Below are positions 45,719 through 51,104 of a DNA stretch of 51,104 nt, piece by piece. Positions within the stretch are counted from its first letter, which is position 1. Each line of letters begins with the position of its first letter. A program made the position numbers and the translations under genes. The notes beneath the pieces are model-generated. The model had not been told where the DNA came from and made no database searches. It saw only the letters and a list, made by a program, of their open reading frames with translations. The DNA lies in IMG/VR virus record IMGVR_UViG_3300009678_000070, positions 1-51,104 of that record. One strand, 5' to 3'. Source of the stretch: a virus (lineage: Duplodnaviria > Caudoviricetes).

Positions 45719-46267
45719 ATGCGCCGACTTGTTGCCATCGCAGCAATAGTCGGTTCGTTACTCGTCGCTGCGCCTGCGCGAGCGTCCTGCACGTTGAACT
45801 GGACGGCGCCGACTCAGAACGAAGATGGAACCGTGCTGACCAATCTGGCCGGATTTAAAGTTTACGTTGGCGCGTCGTCTGGCGGTCCTTACGTCCTACT
45901 GACTACAATCGCGATTGCGTCTGCGCGTTCGTATGTTATGGAAGGATTCGCGGTCGGCAATCATTACGTGGTGGTCACGGCCTACAACAGCGCCGCGCAG
46001 GAAAGCGCAAACTCGAATCAGGCAATCTGCCGCGTGTACGCTGCGCCGAATCCGCCCGCCAATCTGACGGCAACACGGGTTGTGTACACGGTGACGAAAA
46101 CCAAAAACGCTTTCATTCTGACACCCGCAGGCGAAGTGCCAGCCGGTACGGCGTGCAATCCGGCGCAGAGTGTCAACGGCCGATACGGTGTACTGGTCGG
46201 ACTCGTCACAGTCTGGTATATCCCGGTGCCGCCTAAGCCGAACGTTGTCGTAGCAGACTGCACATGA
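45719..46267 (+). CDS. fibronectin type III domain protein with signal peptide
   Basis: MRRLVAIAAIVGSLLVAAPARA signal; LNWTAP, LAGFKVYVG, YVVVTAYN..ES..SN, PNPPANL. Confidence 0.85.
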   Translation: MRRLVAIAAIVGSLLVAAPARASCTLNWTAPTQNEDGTVLTNLAGFKVYVGASSGGPYVLLTTIAIASARSYVMEGFAVGNHYVVVTAYNSAAQESANSNQAICRVYAAPNPPANLTATRVVYTVTKTKNAFILTPAGEVPAGTACNPAQSVNGRYGVLVGLVTVWYIPVPPKPNVVVADCT

Positions 46268-47454
46268 CACTCGCGACCGGCGGAACAGTCACCGAGTCTG
46301 GCGGCTATCGCATACACACGTTTCTCACGTCTGCCGACTTGGTGGTCATTCAAGCGGGGAACGTCGACTACTTGCTGGTGGGCGCGGGCGCGGGCGCGGG
46401 ACGGACAGAACATACCAGCGGTTGTTCAGGCGGTGGCGGTGGCGGTGCGGTGAAAACTGCACTCGCGATGGCGGTTAGCGTAGCGACTTATCCGGTCGTG
46501 ATCGGTGCCGGTGGCGCGGGTTTTCAAACGAATGGAGCGAACGGCGCCGGCGCGGACGGCAATCCGTCAACGTTCAACGGAGTAACAGCAGGCGGAGGCG
46601 GCAAGGGTGCGCAAAATGGCGCGGGTCCTTCCGCGGGGAACGGCGTCAACGGTGGCAATGGTGGCGGTGCAGGCTCGGCCTTTACTGCAATCATACCTGC
46701 GGGAGGTACATCAGACACCGGATTCGCTGGCGGCACTGGATGGGGCGCGACGACAGGTGGAACGCGCGCGGCAGGCGGTGGTGGCGGTGCAGGTGCCGCT
46801 GGTCAGGCCGCAGCGGCAAGCGATGCCGGGAACGGTGGTGTCGGTGTATCTTCGTCGTTGTCTGGCTCTGCGACAAATTATGGTGCGGGCGGTGGAGGCG
46901 GAGCAAGTTCAACAGGGTCAGCAACGGTCGGAAGCGCAGGAGACAGCAGTGCAGCAGCAGGATTAAAAGGCACTGGCTATGCGAACGCACCCGACAATCG
47001 CGGTGGCGGTGGTGGTGGCAATGTCGGCATAACGGGCGGCGGCGGTGGCAATGGTGGCAGCGGCATTGCGATCATTCGTTACCTGATCCCGGTCACGGTC
47101 ACAGACGCAGACGACGAATCTTTTCTTGACGGCGATTCGGTAACGGTGACTGGAACTGGATTCGGCGCGACGCAAGGCGCGGGCAGCGTCAAAATATCGC
47201 CGACCGATAACGTCAACGATGTGAACGCAGTCACGCAACCGGTCACAGCATGGGGCACTACGAGCGCGACGATCACAGCGACGCAAGGTGCACTGTCGTT
47301 GTATACCAATCTTTACCTGTTCGTTATCAGCAATAACACGCAATCGAATCCGTCCGGCTACGTGGTGCAGTTCGAATCGATAGTAGTTCCCGCTCCTGCC
47401 GATGGCGGCTTCGACTTTATTCGCGGCATCGAATTTATTGAGTGGATCGCATGA
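46264..47454 (+). CDS. glycine-rich fibre-like protein with C-terminal Ig/IPT-like domain
   Basis: ATGGTVT..GGYRIHTF, GGGGG tracts, GGSGIAIIRY, then VTVTGTGFGA. Confidence 0.8.
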   Translation: MTLATGGTVTESGGYRIHTFLTSADLVVIQAGNVDYLLVGAGAGAGRTEHTSGCSGGGGGGAVKTALAMAVSVATYPVVIGAGGAGFQTNGANGAGADGNPSTFNGVTAGGGGKGAQNGAGPSAGNGVNGGNGGGAGSAFTAIIPAGGTSDTGFAGGTGWGATTGGTRAAGGGGGAGAAGQAAAASDAGNGGVGVSSSLSGSATNYGAGGGGGASSTGSATVGSAGDSSAAAGLKGTGYANAPDNRGGGGGGNVGITGGGGGNGGSGIAIIRYLIPVTVTDADDESFLDGDSVTVTGTGFGATQGAGSVKISPTDNVNDVNAVTQPVTAWGTTSATITATQGALSLYTNLYLFVISNNTQSNPSGYVVQFESIVVPAPADGGFDFIRGIEFIEWIA

Positions 47455-47948
47455 GCCGATACTACGCAGAAATAGGACCGGATAAGACGGTGCTGCGTGT
47501 AGTCGTTTGCAAAAACATCGCGTGGCTTGAGAAAAATCTCGGCGGCACTTGGGTCGAAACCAAAATGGACGATCCGGTAGAGCGATACGCCGGTCGTTTG
47601 ATGCACGACACCGAGGACTTTTCCAAGGATCGTTTCGTCACCGAGTGGCACGCATTGGTCGAAGGCTATCCGAAAGGCGCTAAGGTTTGGCACATCGGCC
47701 ACGGCTGGTTATCGTTGGCTGATGGTAACAATTACGAGCCGGGCAAGACTCAGCATTGGCGCGACTATTCGCAGAAGTGGCCGCCGTGGTCCGCGAGCGG
47801 AATCAATTACCTTATGAATGAGCGAGTCACCCATAAGGGCAATCATTATCGCAGTCTGAAAGACGGCAACGCGGCCGAGCCTTCGCCGGGTTCGACTAAC
47901 TGGCAGTTGGTCGTGGGCGAGGCGCTTACGAGCGAGATGCAACTATGA
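47451..47948 (+). CDS. protein with C-terminal carbohydrate-binding-module-like (CBM5/12-type) repeats
   Basis: W..GYPKGAKVWHIG..WLSL.DGN..EPG..W and W..Y...ERVTHKG..YRSL.DGN..EP..NW. Confidence 0.7.
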   Translation: MSRYYAEIGPDKTVLRVVVCKNIAWLEKNLGGTWVETKMDDPVERYAGRLMHDTEDFSKDRFVTEWHALVEGYPKGAKVWHIGHGWLSLADGNNYEPGKTQHWRDYSQKWPPWSASGINYLMNERVTHKGNHYRSLKDGNAAEPSPGSTNWQLVVGEALTSEMQL

Positions 47949-48160
47949 TTGAAAAAATCCGCAAAGCCATCGCGCACTTGGCAACCATCGGCAGTCTGCG
48001 CCGCAAAGGCTTGGAAGGACTGACGAGTTATGGCGGCTCGGTCAAAGGTGCAGGCGAAGTCGAACACAAAAGCGGCGAACGAGCCGGAACTAAAACGCCG
48101 TTCGTTCTGCATGGATCAGTAGCAAAAACCAAACCGCGCAGACCGCGCATCATTCAATAA
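47945..48160 (+). CDS. small basic hypothetical protein
   Basis: ATGA overlap with the upstream ORF. Confidence 0.6.
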   Translation: MIEKIRKAIAHLATIGSLRRKGLEGLTSYGGSVKGAGEVEHKSGERAGTKTPFVLHGSVAKTKPRRPRIIQ

Positions 48161-48173
48161 TGGAGTCGCAGAA

Positions 48174-48626
48174 ATGAATGCAGTAGCAATTACCGGCATA
48201 CAGCGTCCGGCCACGGATTGGGAGTACGTGAAGGACCTGATCTCGGGACTGGTTTATGCCGTCACGCATCCGAGCGCCGTTCGCACCGCGATTGCTGATC
48301 TGGTCGTAGACCGGCTCGATGCAGGCGCAGGCGCAGGCGTGCTCGTATTTCAAACCGCTGCGAGTGCTGCGGTAGCAACGCTGACGTTCAGTGATCCGGC
48401 GTTCGGCGCGGCCTCGTCGGGAACTGCGACGGCCAGCGCGATCACTTCTGACACGAACGCCACAGGCGGCACGGTGTCCAAGTTCGAAACCCGCGACAGC
48501 AACGCCGTGGCGGTATTTCTCGGCGCGGTCAGTACGTCCGGCTCGGACATCAATCTTTCGTCATTGGCTGTTGGCGCAGGCGACACAGTAAGCATGTCGT
48601 CGCTGACCTATTCCGCGCCGGCATAA
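48174..48626 (+). CDS. putative virion structural protein
   Basis: Ala/Ser/Thr-rich; ATLTFSDPAFGAASSGTATA; RBS ggag. Confidence 0.7.
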   Translation: MNAVAITGIQRPATDWEYVKDLISGLVYAVTHPSAVRTAIADLVVDRLDAGAGAGVLVFQTAASAAVATLTFSDPAFGAASSGTATASAITSDTNATGGTVSKFETRDSNAVAVFLGAVSTSGSDINLSSLAVGAGDTVSMSSLTYSAPA

Positions 48627-48669
48627 CGTCTGCGGTGGCGAGTTATCGCCACACGGACGACTCTAGACG

Positions 48670-50472
48670 ATGGCGATAGTTCGCGAAAGCGTCACTCTCA
48701 GTGCTGGCTCGGAAAATAACGTCTGCACTCTGAATATGCCGGCCACTAGGCCGGATGGTGACCTGTACATCGCGATCATCTGTAAGGACGACGACAACCT
48801 CCTGACCGATCCGGCTGGCTGGAACGAGGTTCTTAATTCGGCCGGCACAGCAGGCTTCACAGCAGCGGCATATTTTGGCTGGCGCGTCGGCAGTTCCGAA
48901 CCGGCAACCTACAGTTTCACGCACGCAGGCGCGACCGAAGATTGGAACGGCGCAGTCATTCGCTACAGCGGCGTGGATACGTCAGTGCCGCTCGGTTCGC
49001 AAACGATCACGCCGGGCACCAGTTCCGGTGGTGGTGGAGTCTCGGCGACCTTCCCGGTCATAGCGGCGCAGGAGTCGGACTCCAAAATACTGCGCATATT
49101 TTTCGGCGACAGTTTCGCAGCAACCGGTTACTCGACCGGCAGTGGCACGTTTGTAACCGTCAACACCAACTCCGGCGCGAACATGGCGACGGTCGGGTTC
49201 GCGCAGGAAGACAGTCCCGGCGCAGGCGTTAACACTCCGGCGTGCATATTCACGACCAATGGCGCAGACGATAACGCGGTTGTCACCTACGAACTGCTCG
49301 CCGGTGGTGCGGCAACTATCACGGGCAGCGGTACTCCCGCCGCACAAGCCTCGACGGTCGCTGGCACGGCAGAACGTTCGATCACAGGATCAGGAACGCC
49401 ATCGGCGCAGGCGTCAACGGTTGCCGGCACGGCCGAGCGTTCTGTTACAGGCTCAGGCACGCTGGCCGCACAAGACTCAACGGTCGCTGGAACCGGTACA
49501 GTCGCCACGGTTTTCACCGGCAGCGGCGCGCTCGCTGCACAAGACTCTACCGTTGCGGGCACGGCGGAACGCGAAGTCACCGGGTCGGGCACACCGACTG
49601 CTCAAGCCTCCACGGTCGCAGGCACGGCCGAGCGTTCGATTGGTTCGTCCGGTGCCCTTGCTGCTCAGGACTCAACGGTCAGTGGTACGGCCGAGCGCGA
49701 GGTAACAGGCAGCGGCACGCCGACTGCTCAAGCCTCGACGGTCGATGGCGAGGGCACAGTCACCGAGGAAGGTGACATCACCGGCTCTGGCGACCTCGTG
49801 GCTCAGGCGTCCGTCGTCGCCGGTGAAGGCGAAGTACAGGCGCAGATCACCGGCTCAGGTGTACTGGTCGCACAGGACTCGACCGTATCAGGTGAGGCTG
49901 AGCGTGCCCTTGGTGCAACAGGCGCACTACAGGCGCAGTCGTCCACGGTATCAGGCACGGGAGAGCGTGCAGTCAATGCGTCCGGCGCACTGCAGGCGCA
50001 ATCGTCCACGGTATCCGGTACGGCTGGACGTGGCGTCAATGGCTCAGGCACACCGACCGCTCAGGCATCGACAGTAGCGGGCACAGGCACAGTAGACTCG
50101 GCCAGCACGCCTGTGGTTATCAGCGATGCCAACGATGAGTCGTTCAGCAACGGTGAATCGATCACGGTATTGGGATCGGGGTTCGGCGCGAATATATCGG
50201 GCGCTCGAGTGGTTATCAGCCCAACCAACAACATCAATGGCCTTGGCGCGGTACAGCAAACCGTTATAGATTGGGGCAGCACGGCTATCGACATTGTTAT
50301 CGTGCAAGGCAGTCTGCCACTTGGTGTACCGATGTACCTGTTCGTGGAAAACAATTACGGAACCTCAAACGTCTCAGGCTATGTGGTGCAGTTCGATGTC
50401 GCTCCACCGTCAGCAGGCGGCGGTGAGTTCGGATGGATCGAAGGCATAGAGTGGATCGAGCACATCGCCTAA
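48670..50472 (+). CDS. repeat-containing fibre/adhesin-like protein
   Basis: N-terminal beta domain, about 12 tandem ~21-aa repeats, C-terminal Ig/IPT-like domain. Confidence 0.8.
   Translation: MAIVRESVTLSAGSENNVCTLNMPATRPDGDLYIAIICKDDDNLLTDPAGWNEVLNSAGTAGFTAAAYFGWRVGSSEPATYSFTHAGATEDWNGAVIRYSGVDTSVPLGSQTITPGTSSGGGGVSATFPVIAAQESDSKILRIFFGDSFAATGYSTGSGTFVTVNTNSGANMATVGFAQEDSPGAGVNTPACIFTTNGADDNAVVTYELLAGGAATITGSGTPAAQASTVAGTAERSITGSGTPSAQASTVAGTAERSVTGSGTLAAQDSTVAGTGTVATVFTGSGALAAQDSTVAGTAEREVTGSGTPTAQASTVAGTAERSIGSSGALAAQDSTVSGTAEREVTGSGTPTAQASTVDGEGTVTEEGDITGSGDLVAQASVVAGEGEVQAQITGSGVLVAQDSTVSGEAERALGATGALQAQSSTVSGTGERAVNASGALQAQSSTVSGTAGRGVNGSGTPTAQASTVAGTGTVDSASTPVVISDANDESFSNGESITVLGSGFGANISGARVVISPTNNINGLGAVQQTVIDWGSTAIDIVIVQGSLPLGVPMYLFVENNYGTSNVSGYVVQFDVAPPSAGGGEFGWIEGIEWIEHIA
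49318..50097 (+). repeat. about 12 tandem ~63-bp coding repeats (consensus ITGSGTLAAQASTVAGTAERS)
   Basis: seen directly in translation and DNA. Confidence 0.92.
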
Positions 50473-50661
50473 ATGTGCAAAGGATGCGCCAAACGAAGGC
50501 AAGCATGGATCGCCAGACGAGAACTGCTCGACGCCAAAGGCAAAAAGAAACAGGCAGCAATGCTGGCTGCATTTCTGAGGATACTTAATGGACGAGAAGT
50601 TGATGAGTCTGGTGCTGGCAAAACTTTCAGCAATAGAACACGCAATGAACCGAGTCGCTGA
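50473..50661 (+). CDS. small basic protein (CxxC)
   Basis: MCKGCAKRRQAW; starts directly after the upstream stop. Confidence 0.55.
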   Translation: MCKGCAKRRQAWIARRELLDAKGKKKQAAMLAAFLRILNGREVDESGAGKTFSNRTRNEPSR

Positions 50662-50761
50662 CACGCTTGAGATCCTCGTGACCGTTGTGATCGATGAGCA
50701 ACAAGACGACGAAGATCCACGCCGTGCGTTCTCGTCTTTGTCTGATGTCGTGAACTCTTGA
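50645..50761 (+). CDS. 38-aa acidic peptide (not in the ORF track)
   Basis: MNRVADTLEILVTVVIDEQQDDEDPRRAFSSLSDVVNS; stop overlaps the HNH start. Confidence 0.4.
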   Translation: MNRVADTLEILVTVVIDEQQDDEDPRRAFSSLSDVVNS

Positions 50762-51033
50762 GTAAGTACAACAACTGGTACTGCGACCGTCGATGGCGTC
50801 GCAAGCGTGCTGCACAACTTCTGCAGCAGCCTTTGTGCAGAATGTGCGAGCAGCGAGGCATAGTCACCGAAGCCACAGTGGCCGACCACATCGAGCCGCA
50901 CCGTGGCAACAAACACAAGTTCTGGTTCGGTGAACTGCAAAGTCTGTGCGATTCTTGCCACAGTGGACCTAAGAAGCAGATGGAAATGGGCAGACCACTC
51001 GGTGGCTGCGACATCGACGGCTGGCCCTTGTGA
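50758..51033 (+). CDS. HNH endonuclease, HK97 gp74-like terminase cofactor
   Basis: WRRKR..L.QQPLCRMC, VADHIEPHRG, LQSLCDSCH. Confidence 0.92.
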   Translation: MSKYNNWYCDRRWRRKRAAQLLQQPLCRMCEQRGIVTEATVADHIEPHRGNKHKFWFGELQSLCDSCHSGPKKQMEMGRPLGGCDIDGWPL

Positions 51034-51104
51034 CGAAAGTCCTGCAGAAATTCGCGCATATGAGGGGGGGGAGGTGATCAAAAAATGATCAATTATTTGC
51101 AATG
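51034..51104. other. probable cos/packaging-initiation region (continues at window start, 1-50)
   Basis: non-coding, G-runs at 51064-51071 and 32-38; lies downstream of HNH, where cos sits in HK97-like phages. Confidence 0.45.

Noticed and set aside
43853-50472. Diversity-generating retroelement acting on the fibre genes
   Set aside because: No reverse transcriptase motif. The two similar C-termini differ at all base types, not only at adenines.
1-51104. tRNA or rRNA genes
   Set aside because: No cloverleaf with a T-loop GTTCRA and acceptor stem noticed in intergenic regions; tRNAscan-SE would be needed to be certain.

Overview
The window looks like a complete or near-complete ~51 kb tailed dsDNA phage genome (siphovirus, HK97/lambda-type head and non-contractile tail), opened between the HNH gene at the right end and the late operon at the left end. 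Layout: (1) 0-23 kb, + strand: ParB-like gene, 7-deazaguanine genes (dpdA-like, folE, queD, queE) coupled directly to terS/terL, head genes, a three-gene glycosyl/methyl-transferase-like insert in the neck region, and tail genes. (2) 23-32 kb, - strand: about 25 small ORFs punctuated by about 20 copies of a conserved hairpin + AACUGAGG ribosome-binding element that closely resembles T7 RNase III processing sites, preceded by a promoter and a highly structured leader. (3) 32.5-34.3 kb: ArcS/DUF5591-like gene plus queC. (4) 34-43 kb: mosaic small ORFs, replication initiator, Cro-like gene, RecE-like exonuclease, Bet, DUF1064 nuclease, Q-like antiterminator. (5) 43.8-50.5 kb: adhesin/fibre-like genes where a lambdoid lysis cassette would sit. 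I recognised no integrase, CI repressor, DNA polymerase or endolysin. The most striking feature is the hairpin-jointed gene array. All family assignments come from motifs read by eye; no database searches were run.
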